From NCBI RefSeq assembly GCF_006345805.1, contig NC_042998.1, positions 167,338,001-167,402,000 on the forward strand: 64,000 nt of DNA. Reading direction: 5' to 3'. A program made the position numbers and the translations under genes. Below the pieces are notes generated by a model that made no database searches, had not been told where the DNA came from, and saw only the letters and a list, made by a program, of their open reading frames with translations. Below are positions 41,642 to 56,274 of this stretch, piece after piece. The DNA is from Octopus sinensis (lineage: Eukaryota). Within the stretch, counting starts at the first letter, position 1, and the number at the start of each line of letters is the position of its first letter.

Positions 41642-42706
41642 TAACTATTTGGAAAGTTGTTACATATATTCAAATACACTTAGCTACGTATAATAACATA
41701 CATACATACATGCACCTATGCACCAAATTATAAGCGTATGCGTTTATTTTTATATTTTTCGAACTATATATCTATGCAGACATGTAAATAATATTTTCCC
41801 TCAGTATAATCTAAAATATGATGTATGGAAAATCATTAGCACAATTTATTTTTATGTAACAGTCTACGTTTCTTTATTTTTTTCTAACATTTCAAATTAG
41901 GAATCATGTTACTAAACTATATATTTAATGTAATATCATATATATAACGTGTATCTCATAATACCCTAAGGTATTAGCATTAAAGAAAAACGTGTATTTC
42001 AATATATGTCTTAACGAAATTAAAATAAAATCCGTAGATAAAAATATAAGATAAATTAAGTTAGATAGAAAAAGATATAAAACATGAAAAAAAAACCCTA
42101 CTAAAATTGCAAGTACTATATTCAATTGATTATATATTCCTCATATGAATACTGTTAATATATAGCTTGCATTACATCACTTTGTTGTACTAGATTTCGT
42201 TAAGGTTGTTGTTGTTTGTTTGACACTACATTGAAATATGTATATCAAATTATTAAAAGAATATCGAGGTTTTATATTTACAAAAAAGTGGCTGTGATAT
42301 GATCCTCTGAATTACGTTGCAGATGGTTGTGAGATTAGAGTGAGGGACTATATAAATTAACTTGGTTAAAGCACTTTCATTTTAGGTTCAAATGCAGTAG
42401 AGATAAATTTTATACTTATAGGGCTGGGTAAATCTAATAAAAATTCGTAATGAACGACAGGGACCGTATAAGTTTAAAATAGCATTCTATCTATTTTACT
42501 TAACGATGATATACTGTAGAAGGCCACAAAACTTCGGTATTCATCTCGAGAAAGCATCTTGTATAGAAGTACACTGCTAAAAAGCACAGAAACATGTCAG
42601 TAGCAGACAAAAGATGTCCAGCAGCGATGGTGGAATTGCTAAATCTAGTGTTCTGCTTCCTTGAGCGTCATCAATAGCAAGTGCCACTCGCAACGACTTG
42701 CTGAGA

Positions 42707-45700
42707 CAGGGATAGGGAAACCTCCCCTCGCGGACGCAATTGCGCCCGCGAGCCCATTTTATTGTGCCCGCAGGCTGATATACTCCTGTGTACAAAATAA
42801 AGTAAATTTTTCAATTATAAAATTCATACAATATTCGTAAGGCTATTTGCAACATAGGTCGGGTTTCCACTACGACTTAGAACGGTCAGACTCGAACAGA
42901 AATTGTCCGGTAATCGCCATTTGAATGGAAATTTTGTTTTCACTATAAAACACATATTGCTAGGTTTGTACCACACATTTGAGATCCAACTACACTTTAG
43001 CTGAGAAAACTAAAAAATATATTGCATGTATCGAAATAATTTTTATAATGAAACGAAAGCTGAAGGAGTGTAGAAGATGGATCTAGTCTTTGTCATTCGC
43101 AAAATGAGCCCCTTTTAAATTTGCTCAGATTGCAACTCTGAATTTTAATTACGATCAACCAATTACTTTATTTCGTAAGTTAAAGAATCTGATATTATTT
43201 GGAATTAAAAATGGGAAATTTGGGTCATTTTAGCCAAGCAACAGACAGCTTGGCATTAGCAGATTGTTACCATGACAACCACACGCTGTGCAGTGGTTCA
43301 CTTCACTATTGTCTCTGCCGCACGTTGTTCTATGTTGATTTTTCACACTTGATTCTTCACACCACTAGATTCTTTTCACCCGCGTGTTTTACTTTAATTT
43401 TTCTGTGTGCTAGTATTTTTCTGTGCTTCTGTGTTAGTATTTTTACATATTATTCATTTTATATATATTCAGGGACACATTGATTCAGATAGCTGGATTT
43501 ATGATTTCACTAGGTTAATTATATTCATAAAAATTTAAATTAGGAGTATTTCTTAAACCGTTAGCTTCACATTTCAACAGCTTACCTGAAATTTAGCCCA
43601 CGTAACAGAAACCGAGAAAGATATCGTGGAACAGATAAACTGCGGGTGATAGAGATAATCTGACATTATTTTGAATTCTGCATGCAAAAACACATAAGAT
43701 ACAGGTATTCTTTTCCTTGGGACAAATTCTTTGTTACCAGTGTTATTCTTATCGTAGTTTACAACTCCAAACATGAAAATGTTACTCAACTTTGGAGTAT
43801 GGGAGATAGATGCCCCCTTCACACACACATGTACATATAAACTTATATATGAATACATATATCCACATGCACATATATATTAATGATGTACACAAATACA
43901 TAACAGGTGTACATAATACTGGAATACGCATAAAGTAAACACACTCAGACAAATATATTAATATCATAATTTTTTTTTTAAATAATGAAAACATACAATC
44001 AATGAAGAGACAAAAGAAACAGTAAGATGATGCATGTTGATTTTAATAGGTATTCCTGTTTATTTAGAAACCTACACTGAACAGGTCATTTAACAGACGC
44101 TAAACTATAAATTTTACAGGGCACAACTTTAAAGTTGACACCGCTCCGCTAAACGCAGAAAATTTCTGTCTCGCTATAGGTTAAAAATACAGAGTTTTAC
44201 CGATTTTTAAGCCTCTGTAACTTCTTCCTCCAATTGTTTTCTCCACAACATCATACCTTTATAGCAACGGGACTGGAAGACTACATTATTATAGCCGATT
44301 TCCAGATTTTTCACTTCCTTTTAAAAACTGCATATTTTGCGAATGAAACAAAACTAGTTCCTAGAAGATGCTGTGTAAAAATTATTCACATCCAAAAGTC
44401 CCAAATATTTAAATTTTTCTCCCTATTTCATTTTTCACGCTTTTACGGAAAAAAAAATCTCTGAAATCGACACTCACCCTCTTTCTGTCAATCGATAAGT
44501 AAACAATATTTAAAATTCTATTAAAAATCAAAAACAAATTGATAAAGCTTCATCGAAACAGAAACTTCTAATTTGGTGCTTTGTGAACAGGATTATAAAA
44601 AAATATTGCTAACTTTTTTCATGAAAAAGCAGTGAAAAATAACTTTTGGAAATGGGTGTCGCATTTTTGCTATCAGTCGGCGTCAAGAAGGTCAACAGGA
44701 GTTACTTTCATCTGCCATCGGTTTATCAGTTATGTCCCTTCCCTACCCACTCGCTTGTCAACACCTGTGTGGACAACAGAGAAATAAAAATCAAGCTAAA
44801 TCTTGCAGAACCACACAATATCTTAATTTTTTGCAAACTTTTATCTCTTACTATATTCACAACACTGAATGCATGCATTACGACTACAAGCCAGTTGGCT
44901 TTTGTTTTCCCCAAGCAGTGGTAATAACAAAAATTCCGTAAGTGATTATACAAATTTAACTGGCTTATAACTTTGTTAACTTTGTCAAACCAATTTTTCA
45001 ATACCCTTATCAATATGGTAAACGCTTATAAAAATCTTTTAAAAAGCAAGTGCTGGTGAATGTACTTTGATGAAAAATGGACTGAGCTTTATTTTTTTAT
45101 TGAAATAGTTAACAAGTGCATTTGTCTTATTTGCAATGAAGTAGCCGGTCATAAAAAATGTAATATTGAGAGGCAATTTGTAAGTAAGCATAAGACCTAT
45201 GAAAATTTGAAAGACTCTGAACGTTTAGAGAAGATAGCCTCCTTGAAAGAAAATGTGACCAAAAGACAAACTTTTTTTAAAAAGCCGAATCAGTAACTTG
45301 AGCTAGTTATGCGGTATACAAAAATATTGCTTGAAAAAACCTCAAACTACATAGCAATGATGAATTCATGGAAAAATTATCCTAACTGCTGTCGAGAATA
45401 TATGCCCAGAAAAACTTTGGAAATATTAGCTTTTCAAGAAGAACTGTTTCTGACCGTATTAAAGATATTGCTGATAGCATACAAAATTCTCTAAAGTCTG
45501 ATTCGGCAGAATTCGTTCGTATTGTATTCATTAGCTATTGATGAGACAACTGTCTAATACTGCTCAGATTGCAATATTTATACGAAGAAGAACTACAAAA
45601 TTCAACATTCGGGAAGAATTTCTTGCCTTGAAATCAATGCAACGAACTAGAGGTGAAGATTTATTTCGACTCAACCCTAAAGGATTTAGATTTACCGTAT

Positions 45701-47178
45701 GAAAAAATGTGCGTTCTTGCTAAAGATGGCGCATCATCTATGGTAAGTAGGGAAAATGATTCCTAGCTCTGATTAAGAATGAATCTAAGAAGCGTCTTTT
45801 GGATCAGGAAACTTTGTGTGTCACTGCTTTATTCATAGTGAAAGTTTATGTACAAACTTTCTCAAGATGGGTAGTGTAATGAAAGTTGTAACTAAGGCTG
45901 TTAATTTTGTTAAAAAGCAAAGGGTTGAATAATAGGGAATTTAAAGAGGTTTTGAAAGATCTTGAAGTTGAATATGGTTATTTATTGTACCATTGTGAAG
46001 TTAAGTGGTAAAGTATGGCCCAGATGCTTAAACGATTTAATGAACTGAAAGAAGAAGTGAACATTTTTATGGATATTAAAGGTGTTCCTCTCATAGAACT
46101 GGAAGAGAAAATGTTTTCAAAGTGATTTAGCATTTTTAGCAGATATAACTAGCCATTTAGATAATTTGAACTTGAAACTACAAGGCTTCAGTCAGCAAAT
46201 AACTAGTTTGTTTTCTCATATCAAAAGCTTTGAATCGATGCTTCATTTCTTTATCACACAATTGAAAAGAAAGTGCTTCAGATTTTCCGAAATTGAGCGA
46301 ACAAAATACCGAATCAACAAAGAAATATTCTAATGAGTGTGAAAGTCTTTTGAAGAAATTTGAAAGTAGATTTGAAGAAATACAAGATAAAATCGAACTA
46401 CGTGTTTTTGAAACCCCTTTTTATGTGTGTCCTGAGGAAGCTCCGAATCCCTTAGAATTAGAATTGATTTGCAGTAGGATAACTTAATAAAATCGAAACG
46501 TAATAATCTGTCTTTATTGGACTTCTACAAATCCATCAATCCTGAGAAATGCCCTGCTTTACATAAAAATGCCTTGAAATTCGCATCTCAATTTTCGACA
46601 ACATATCAATGTGAATATTTCTTTCCATATTGAATTTATGCAAAAAATAGTCTTCGTACCAGACTTACGAAAACCTGAGTTTCTTCAAAGACATGTGAAA
46701 TTCCTTAACTTTCAAAAAGAAAGAAAAAAAGAAAGAAAAAGAGCAATTTCATCCTTCTCACTAAACAAAGTCAAATTTTAAAGTTAAGGTTAGTTAGCTT
46801 TGATAAAATTATCACTGGGATAAATTTGTTTAAATATGTCATTTACATATAATGTTATTTAGGTATTAATGTAATATTTGAAAATTAAATTCGGTTTGTG
46901 CTTTACTGTTATGTTTTGTCCAACATTAGGATAGGTACATTTTGAAAAATAAAAAATACCTCAAAAGTAATATAAACATCCTAAATTCAGTGGTGGCGTT
47001 AAGGAAGATGTTACGCGTTAATTTAACGTGTTAACCTTAACTTTATTAATGTATATCGAATTATATATAGATGTATACAAGACTTACACAGATACAAGAG
47101 TCAGAACTTGTGATCCACCCGCGAACCTTTTTCTTTGGAGATTTTTGCCCACCGCACTAAAAAGTTTCCCCACCCCGA
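42707..47178 (+). mobile_element. Putative extent of the hAT element, with later internal insertions
   Basis: cagggatagggaaac at 42707 versus gtttccccacccc at 47164 (CAGGG..GGGAAAC-type TIRs); no 8-bp TSD recognisable. Confidence 0.5.
45040..46770 (+). pseudogene. Decayed hAT transposase (SPIN/Charlie, GTF2IRD2/EPM2AIP1-like)
   Basis: WTELYFF..CICLICNE..KKCNIERQF..KH; YSLAIDETT; DGASSM; HCFIHSE; DLAFLADITSHLDNLNLKLQG; FSTTYQCE; many stops and frameshifts. Confidence 0.88.
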
Positions 47179-47744
47179 CAAACTAAACTCCTACTGATAT
47201 AGACAACAGCGATTGACAAGCCACTGGTTTTACAATTAACAGACAGGATGGATAAATATTCGTTACCAGCAATCTGTATATCATAGATAACGCAGATATG
47301 TTGCTGAAAGCTAGAAAAAAAATTGGCACTCGTCTCAAGAAAGCATCTCATATAGAGGTATAGTGTTAAAAAATACTAAAACATATCACTAGCAGATGAA
47401 AAGTGTCCAGCAGCAGCAGTGGAGTTGCCAAATACGTATTTCTGCTTTCTTGAGCAGCATCAGAAGCAACCAACTTCAGTCACATATTCAACGCGTTCGA
47501 GTTCATTCGGATGTAATAAGCCCTTTCGCTGCAGAAATAGTCCCTGTTAGACATGAGCGAAAACACATTTTCGGTTGTGAAGCACGTCAATGGATCGTAC
47601 AACGTATGCATTTCTGCATCCTTCACTTCGTCAGCTTTGGAAATTACTCTTCGAGAAATATATCCGCAACAAAGGTCGCATCACTCCCAAATGCATTCAA
47701 AATTATTAAATATGACTTTACGAATACACACATAAATAGCGAAT

Positions 47745-48915
47745 GAGGTGGAGGCGGTAGTGGCAGCAGTGGTAACAGCGGGTACGGTGACTGTGGTGGC
47801 AGCGGCAGCAGCGGCGGCCGTGAGCAGCGATGACGGTGGCGGCAGCGGCGGCAGCAGTAGTGGAAATAGCAGCAACGGCGGCAGCGACTGCAGCGGGGGC
47901 AGCGACGGCGGCAGCGACGGCGGCAGCGACGGCGGCAGCGACGGCGGCAGCGACGGCGGCAGCGACTGCAGCGGGGGCAGCGAGGGCGGCAGCGACGGCG
48001 GCAGCGACTGCAGCGGGGGCAGCGAGGGCGGCAGCGGCAGTGGGGGCGGCAGCGACGGCGGCAGTAACGGCAGCGGCAGCGGCAGGAGCGGCAGCGGCAG
48101 GAGCGGCAGCGGCAGGAGCGGCAGCGGCAGGAGCGGCAGCGGCAGGAGCGGCAGCGGCAGCAGCGGGAACGGCAGCGGCGGCAGCGGGGGCAGCGAGGGC
48201 GGCAGCGGCAGTGGGGGCTGCAGCGACGGCGGCAGCAACGGCAGCGGCAGCGGCAGGAGCGGTAGCGGCAGGAGCGGCAGCGGCAGGAGCGGCAGCGGCA
48301 GGAGCGGCAGCGGCAGGAGCGGCAGCGGCAGGAGCGGCAGCGGCAGGAGCGGCAGCGGCAGCAGTGGGAACGGCAGCGGCGGCAGCGGCGGCAGCGGCGG
48401 CAACGGCACAACGGCGACAGCGGCGGCATCGGCGGCAGCGGCGGGAGCGGCGGCAGCGGCAGTGGCGGGAGCGGCAGCGGCGGGAGCGGCAGCGGCGGGA
48501 GCGGCAGCGCGGGAGCGGCAGCGGCGGGAGCGGCAGCGGCAGCGGCGGGAGCGGCAGCGGCAGCGGCGGGAGCGGCAGCGGCAGCGGCGGGAGCGGTAGC
48601 GGCAGCGGCGGGAGCGGCAGCGGCAGCGGCGGGAGCGGCAGCGGCAGCGGCGGGAGCGGCAGCGGCAGCGGCGGGAGCGGCAGCGGCAGCGGCGGGAGCG
48701 GCAGTGACGGGAGCGGCACCGGCGGTAGCGGCACCCGCACTAGTAGCACCAACGGTAGTGACACCAGCGCGACAGCGGCGGTGACAGCAGCGGATCTTTT
48801 CTGTGGCGATGATAGCAACTGCGGGCGATGGCGGTGACGGTTACAGCAAAGACAACTCCCCATGGTGACGGCGGTGACTGCGACGGCGGCAGCGGTAAAA
48901 CGACGATGATGATGA
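47745..48915. repeat. GC-rich hierarchical GGC/AGC minisatellite (12-, 15- and 21-bp units)
   Basis: ggcagcgacggc, ggcagcggcaggagc and ggcagcggcagcggcgggagc arrays; long open frames on both strands due to low complexity. Confidence 0.92.
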
Positions 48916-49216
48916 TAGTGACGATTAAAAAATTTAACCAAATGTTTCTGTTATTTTTATCTTTTGTCGTTGTCATACCAAACCATTGTTAATATTTTAA
49001 TAGAAGTTTGTTATAGTTCATAAAACTCACAAAAGTTTCCTACAGTTACCTTAACGATCAAAGACTAAAATAATAAAAGCCTCAAGAACACACGCACACA
49101 CACACACACACACATACACAATATTCCCGAAATAACTCAGTACATAAACAAACGCACACAGAGGATGTGTATTTGTAACGAAGTAGGTATGTATCTATAA
49201 GTATAAACTCTTTGTA

Positions 49217-49255
<39 letters not shown>

Positions 49256-50559
49256 CAGAGAGAGAGAAAGAGACACAATAAATGTGAAAGCGCGCGTCAT
49301 TTGTATAGGAAAAAAAGGTGAAACTCTCACAATTTTAATTAAGAGAAAATATCTTTCAATAACATCCGTCTCTATGAAACCTGCTGACTCTGAAAGAACC
49401 TGATTGTCATCAGTTCCTGTTTACCGCTAATTTTTAGAACTCTGACACCTTTTATTATTATTCGGCTTTTCTTTTTTTGTGGTATTTATGAACATGTGTG
49501 GGTGGCATGTTTTACTAAAATTGCTCGTACTTTGTCTTTTTTTTTTATTTTTCGAACATAAGATTTTTTGTTGTTTTTTTTTAATATATAAGAATACCTT
49601 GTCGCTCGGTGCTCACACACGTCTACCACATCCCATCCATCTACGCCACACGCAAGCACATTCACACACTCCTGCATACATAATTTTACTGTCAGTGATT
49701 CATTAACAAACGTAAATATATATGTATGCGTTTGTGTGTGTGTGTGTGTGTGGTCTGTAAAAAAATATAAATTCGAAAGAAACACACTCTCCATTTTCAA
49801 TACTAGCAAATCTACCCATCTACGATGGTGGCACAAAATGACGGAGGGAAGTCATAACGGCAGCATGTATTGGGAAATGTGAAAATGGACTTGATAGGTT
49901 ACTGGGTGATGTCTTAGAGAAACCACACCATCGTTGGTGATACAGCATTCTGTTGCAGATATATGACAAGTGTTTGCGACCAAGTGACATGTGATGACGA
50001 TTCACTCTCGAACTGAATTAGGTTCCCAGCCTCTGTATCATGAATGGTTATGTGGATCACACCTTATGAAAACCAGAAATTCCTGCGACCATTACATAAA
50101 AAGTATTAAGAAAAAAAATGTTATTTGGATATATTTTTATTTTAGTTGTTTATATTTTACGCTTGTTTATACCCTTATACATTCTAAGGTCACAAATTTC
50201 CTTATTTAAATTATGAATCATATTCCTTTCGATAATATCACTATGATTACAAAACTTCTTTGTAGACGATATTTTCTGTTTGGTCGACACTAATTTTCAA
50301 ATCACTGGAGTCCGTTGCTCTACTCATAGTGATGTATAACTTGGCCATGTATATACATCGGAGTGGATAAAAATACACGTACACGATCTAAAATCTGGCC
50401 CTGAGCCTTCTTTGATATGAAAAATCAAAGGTGATTTATTAATACAACACTCAATATCCACTAAATAATCATAATTTTCACATTTTTCCCTTCTTGATTA
50501 CCGCCTTCGTAATCCTGAAAAACATTGTGACTATTGATCCAACCGTCTGACCGTAAAGA

Positions 50560-51347
50560 GGGAACAGACAGAAAGACAGACGGACGGTCATAACGCCCAG
50601 TGCGTAACTGGTACTTAATTTATCGACCCCGAAAGGATGAAAGGCAAAGTCGACCTCGGCGGAATTTGAACACAAAACGTAACGACAGACGAAATACCGC
50701 TAAGCATTTCGCCCGGCGCGCTAACGTTTCTGCCAGCTCGCCGCCTTCCATGGCTAACTTTATAGCACCACCTGATAGGACCTGAGTCATTTTTGAGTCA
50801 AGTTTTGTGGTATCATGGCCCATTCAAGTAGGGAGCGGTTGTTGTTGACTGAGTTGAATCCAGATATAGTTGGCTTCTCTGCATACCTTAAAGAAATGTA
50901 TCCGGGCTTCATTTGAAATGATGAAATCTTTTTTCTTTGATTTGTTTTAATATAATGTTAAAATGCGTAGGGCCTGTTGAGGAAAACAAATTGTGTTGCA
51001 GTGTATTTGTGTTGTGAGGTTGAATTATGTAGGGGGTGTATGGCACGTGACCTCAGCCTTGAATAAATTATATATTCTTTTATTCTTTTTTGACTGCGGC
51101 CATGCTGGAGCACAAATTCCGCCGAGGTCGACTTTGCCTTTCATCCTTTCGGGGTCGATAAATAAAGTACCAGTTACGCACTGGAGTCGATGTAATCGAC
51201 TTAATCCCTTTGTCTCTCCTTGTTTGTCCCCTCTGTGGGCAATAAAGAAACATATAAAGAAACATATATATATGTATGTGTGTGTGTTTATTTATTTATT
51301 TATTTATATATACACACACACACATATAATACATATATATATATATC

Positions 51348-51407
<60 letters not shown>

Positions 51408-52430
51408 AAACGATGAATTTCAAAGCAGGCTAAGCTATAAATAATACCTTGCAAACATTGTGTTGAAAACCCTTCCATAGAAAAAGGCGAAGGTTGCCCG
51501 TGAGAATTGAACACACATCTCCTGTAAACGTAACAGGTGTTTTAAATGATTATGACGTCAACAATATGCAATTCTCTCTGGTGAGGAATGTAAAGTTTGT
51601 TAACTGAATAAAGAAATTTGAAGGATTTGAGGTATTGTTTCGGTCCAGTGGTAGAACAATTGTTACGTTTCTAGATGTTGGCACGAGTCACATGAATGGC
51701 TATTATTGATAGCATTTTGTTTAAGGCGGCGAGCTGGCAGAAACGTTAGCACGCCGGGAGAAATGCTTAGCGGTATTTCGTCTGCCGTTACGTTCTGACT
51801 TCAAATTCTGCCGAGGTTAAATTTGCCTTTCATCCTTTCGGCGTATATATATATTAAGTACCAGTTACGCACTGGGGTCGATATAATCGACTTAATACGT
51901 TTGTCTGTCCTTGTTTGTCCCCTCTGTGTTTAGCCCCTTGTGGGTAGTAAAGAAATAGGTATTTCGTCTGCCGTTACGTTCTGAGTTCAAATTCCACCGA
52001 GGTCGACTTTGTCTTTTATCCTTTCGGGGTCGATTAAATAAGTACCAGTTTCGCGCTGGAGTCGATGTAATCGACTTAATCCCTTTGTCTATCCTTGTTT
52101 TTGGGCAATAAATAAATAAATATAAAGTTCCTTAATTGAATAAAGAAATTTGAAAGATTGTTTTGGTCCAGTGGTAGAACACCTGCTACGTTTACAGATG
52201 TTGGCACGAATCACATAAGTGGCTATTATTGATGGCCTTTTTTTTTTCTAAGGCGGTGAGCTAGCAGAATCGTTAGCACGCCGGGCAAAATGCATAGCAG
52301 CAATGTTCAAATTCAAATTCCGCCTTTTATCTTTTCTGTGTCGATAAAATAAACACCAGCTGAACAGTGGTGCCGATGTAATCGACTTATCTCTTCCCCG
52401 AACGTGCTGGCCTTGAGCCAAAATTTGAAA
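50560..52430. mobile_element. SINE family B copies (50560-50747 -, 51113-51250 +, 51723-52115 +, 52251-52430 +)
   Basis: Canonical heads and bodies; ~120-bp unique flank duplicated at 51605 and 52137. Confidence 0.88.
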
Positions 52431-53924
52431 CTATCATATATAGCTTTATCTACTTTGATATAACCTACCCCACACACACACACACACTCCCACACACACC
52501 CAAAAAAAAAGAAAAGAATTCTTTCACGTTCTCGAAATTTCTAAATTCCTGAATATATATATACACATATATATATACATACATACATACAAACATATAT
52601 ATATATATATATTATATAATATAATATATAAATATATGCATATATACATACATATATGTACATACCTACATATATATGTATATATACATGCATATATGGG
52701 TACAGGACATCAATATATATATATATATATATATATATAGGTGTGTGAGGAGTGGTGTGAAATATTATTTATACTTTATATCTAGTAATGCGTATTTTTT
52801 CTTCCGTTCGTCACCATTTACCAACAACATACACACATTTTCAAACAAACATAGTTGTAAAATGCACAAAACAAATATGTATTCGAAATGTATATGTATT
52901 GAATTTTAAAATACTATTTTACTTTAAGTTACTTAATAGCAAAGCCTTTATTGGATGAAAGTCAGTCTATGTTTCATTTATTTTATTTCTGGTGGGGGCA
53001 TATTATAAACAGTGAAAAGTTCTGATTGTCAAATCATGTCATCTACTTGAACATTTTTTCTTTTTTTTTTAGTGTGGGTTGAAATCGGAGCTTTCTGTTA
53101 AATTAAATTGAGAAGGAATGTCACCGATACTTAACTGAATACTATTTAATCTCTTTATTGAAAGGGAAAGAGTAGAGCATATAAAAATGGCAAGACTCCT
53201 TCCCTTTCTACTATAGAACCACTAGAATATCAATTTGTAATTCTACAGTGACGGTTATTGCAAAAAATGCATGGTAATGTGGAGAATTTCAGTGAAAACA
53301 ATCTGATAAGAAAGTACTTTCCTTTACTAACTTACGCATTCTTTAATATAAATATAAATATAAATATGAAAGAACGTATCACTAACATTATATTATTAGG
53401 CAGCTATAGGGCTTCTAGGTTTACATAAATGTTTTATAATATTCAGTCTCGTCCCCCCGAGTTCAAATGTCGCAGTGGTTGACTTTAACCTTTATCCTCA
53501 TGGTGTCGACAAAATAAACTATATGGACTCCAGGAAACTTCCTTTTTACATAAACTGGCTCTTTGTTCGACAACGATTGCAATATACTGATATATAGTGA
53601 TCAGTGCAGAACTAAAAGTAAGCATAGGGACGTGGGGATTTCGTTAATTGGAATATATTACCAATTGAAACTAATTCACTTCACGAATACCGTTAATACT
53701 CTTGAGAAAGCCATAAAGATCATGCAATCTTACTCCCATCGCATATAAATTATTATTTTATGTTTAAGTAAGAAATATATATCATATAAATAGCAATATT
53801 TTTTATTAGCGTGTTATTTATACATATTCTTTAATTTTTACAGCGAATTTAGAGTATGCACTTCACTTGAAATCATACTCATAATTTATGTTACTTTTCC
53901 AATCATGCTATCACCCTATTGTAC

Positions 53925-54125
53925 CTGTGTCTGTGTTTGTCCCACATCACCGCTTGATAACCGATGTTGGTGTGTTTACGTCACCGTAACTTTGCAATTC
54001 AACAAAACACTAGAATACGTACCAGGCTTTAAAGAAAAAGTCCTGGAGTCGATTTGTTCGACTAAAATCCTTCAAGGCGGTACCTCTACATGGCCGCAAT
54101 CTAATGACTGAAAGATAAAAGATAG
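53925..54125 (+). mobile_element. SINE family A, 3' half
   Basis: accgcttgataaccgatgttggtgtgtttacgtc...catggccgcaatctaatgactgaaa. Confidence 0.8.
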
Positions 54126-55110
54126 GCGTATATATATTTTTCGATGTATGCGTGTCTTGGTATCTGTGTAGGCATGTACGCACGTACGTATGCATGCATA
54201 TATGTATGCATGCATGGATGTTCGTACGTGCGTAGTACGTGTATACATGCATGAATGCATGTACGTATGTGCGAACGTACGTACATTTGTATGGGTTTAT
54301 GGTGCATATCACGGTGTAATTAATTATATTCTGAAATTTTAAAAAGATGAAAAAAGAATCTAAGTGATTAAGTCGAGCTTTTTTGTTATTGGTTTCCATA
54401 GTTATAAGGACTATTGTGAAATAATCGCTGATGATGCGAGGATCTCATTACCTCCTTCGACGAGGATATATAATTTGGCGTTAAAATCTTTGCTAAAATA
54501 TATGTACGAATCACATAATAATTTCAGAACTAAGTCCCCATCCTCTACTTTGTATGTACATGTGTGTACTTGTTTTGGTAATAATAAACTGGAGAGTATT
54601 ATTCAATGCAAATAGAATATGATTATTATATTTGGTTGATGCTATAAGGCCATGACTTATGAATTTTAACGTGTGAGAATGTTACACCATATGGCACGGT
54701 TAGTAAAGCAAATACCAGATGTGTGTGGGCGTTGGTGGAAGAACGTATGCATCACGATGGCTAAATGAGTCCTCGAGTTTACACCATGCGAAATATGATG
54801 ACGCTGCAAAGAAAAGAAAACCTTCTAAGCATTGGAACAAGGAAAATAATTCCCAGGTTTATCGTCAAGGAGTTTACAGGTGAACGGTGAAAAGATATTT
54901 AAAATATGGACCTGAACAAGAAAAATGTCAGATAAAATACAGTCAATATTCAACTAGATGCTGTTGGAGGTAATTGACTAGCGTAAGTAGTGTTAGTAAG
55001 TTACTTACTTGTCATCAATGAGCGTTATTTGTGCAGGTAGGAATTGCTGAGAATTTAAGAACAATTATAAAATATATGTAGTAGGCAACGTGAAAGTAGT
55101 GTTGTGAATT

Positions 55111-55480
55111 GGTGGAGGCGCCAGTGGTTAGGGCAGCGGACTCGCGGTCGTAGGATCGCGGTCCCGATTCCCAGACCGGGCGTTGTGAGTGTTTATTGAG
55201 CGAAAACACCTAAAGCTCCATGAGGCTCCGGCAGGGATGGTGGTGATCCCTGCTGTACTCTTTCACCACAACTTTCTCTCACTCTTACTTCCTGTTTCTG
55301 TTGTACCTGTATTTCAAAGGGCCGGCCTTGTCACTCTCTGTGTCACGCTGAATATCCCCGAGAACTACGTATCTGTGGAGTGCTCAGCCACTTACACGTT
55401 AATTTCACGAGCAGGCTGTTCCGTTGATCGGATCAACCGGAACCCTCATCGTCGTAACCGACGGAGTGCTTCCATCCCAA
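55111..55480 (+). mobile_element. tRNA-derived SINE family C with 11-bp TSD
   Basis: ccagtggttagggcagcggactcgcggtcg head; tgttgtgaatt at 55100 and 55481; homologous to 63683. Confidence 0.88.
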
Positions 55481-55494
55481 TGTTGTGAATTAAA

Positions 55495-55862
55495 CAAATA
55501 TTTAGATCAGTTCAAATATGTTTTGGACATATTTGACCAGTAAAAATGTCGTTTTCGTTGTAGTTTTCCAAGGAGAAAAATCTCACTTTAGGCAGTTGGT
55601 GTCAAAGCACCAACAGTCATCTCGTCTTTCTCTAGCGAACAACTGTCTATGAAGAAAATTCTCACTCGTCTCTCTTGTAGTATATGATACTGATGATAGC
55701 CAAACAGCTTGAAATGCAATCATCGTTTCAAAAGAGATAACTGTTGGTGTTTTGACATCTATTTCCTAAAGCGAGAACTTTCTCCATGGCAGCCTGCAAT
55801 GTAAACGGCTTTTTCACTGTTCAAAATTGTCCCAAATATATTTCAACTGATCTAAATGTTTA
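55495..55862. mobile_element. Old palindromic MITE-like element
   Basis: tttagatcagtt..tgtcaaagcaccaacagt is mirrored by actgttggtgttttgaca..aactgatctaaa. Confidence 0.6.
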
Positions 55863-56113
55863 TTAATAACTAAATTCAACTGATAATTTAGTGTTATATA
55901 AATATCATTAAATTATACGTGATAAGATAAAGGATATCGATACAAAATGCGAAAGGGATGGTGAGAGGAATATTTCAGAGGAATTTCAAGTGTTCTGCTA
56001 TCATACATATACGCCAAACGTCATTTACGCTGCGATAGTCACCGTCTGAAGAATCGCTACCACACATGGAAACTCACGCATCTCAGCTTTATGACATTTT
56101 AATACATAAATAC

Positions 56114-56144
<31 letters not shown>

Positions 56145-56177
56145 ACACACACCACACACACACACAACACACACACA

Positions 56178-56208
<31 letters not shown>

Positions 56209-56274
56209 CGAACATATGCATACGTGCGTGCTTACATACACGCTTACACACACACACAAATAACAACAAAGAGA

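Noticed and set aside
43560-44700. Possible Chapaev-like (..gttaccagtg) and piggyBac-like (..cggcgtcaagaaggtcaa) transposon ends
   Set aside because: Matching opposite termini could not be located
47600-47639. Minus-strand caaag-CTGACGA..GAAA-tgca-TA-cgttg hammerhead-like string
   Set aside because: Stem II opens with an A-A mismatch and stem I is interrupted; may be decayed but cannot be told from chance
55684-55725. CTGATGA-tagc..gctt-GAAA-tgcaa-TC in a MITE spacer
   Set aside because: Stem I does not pair in register
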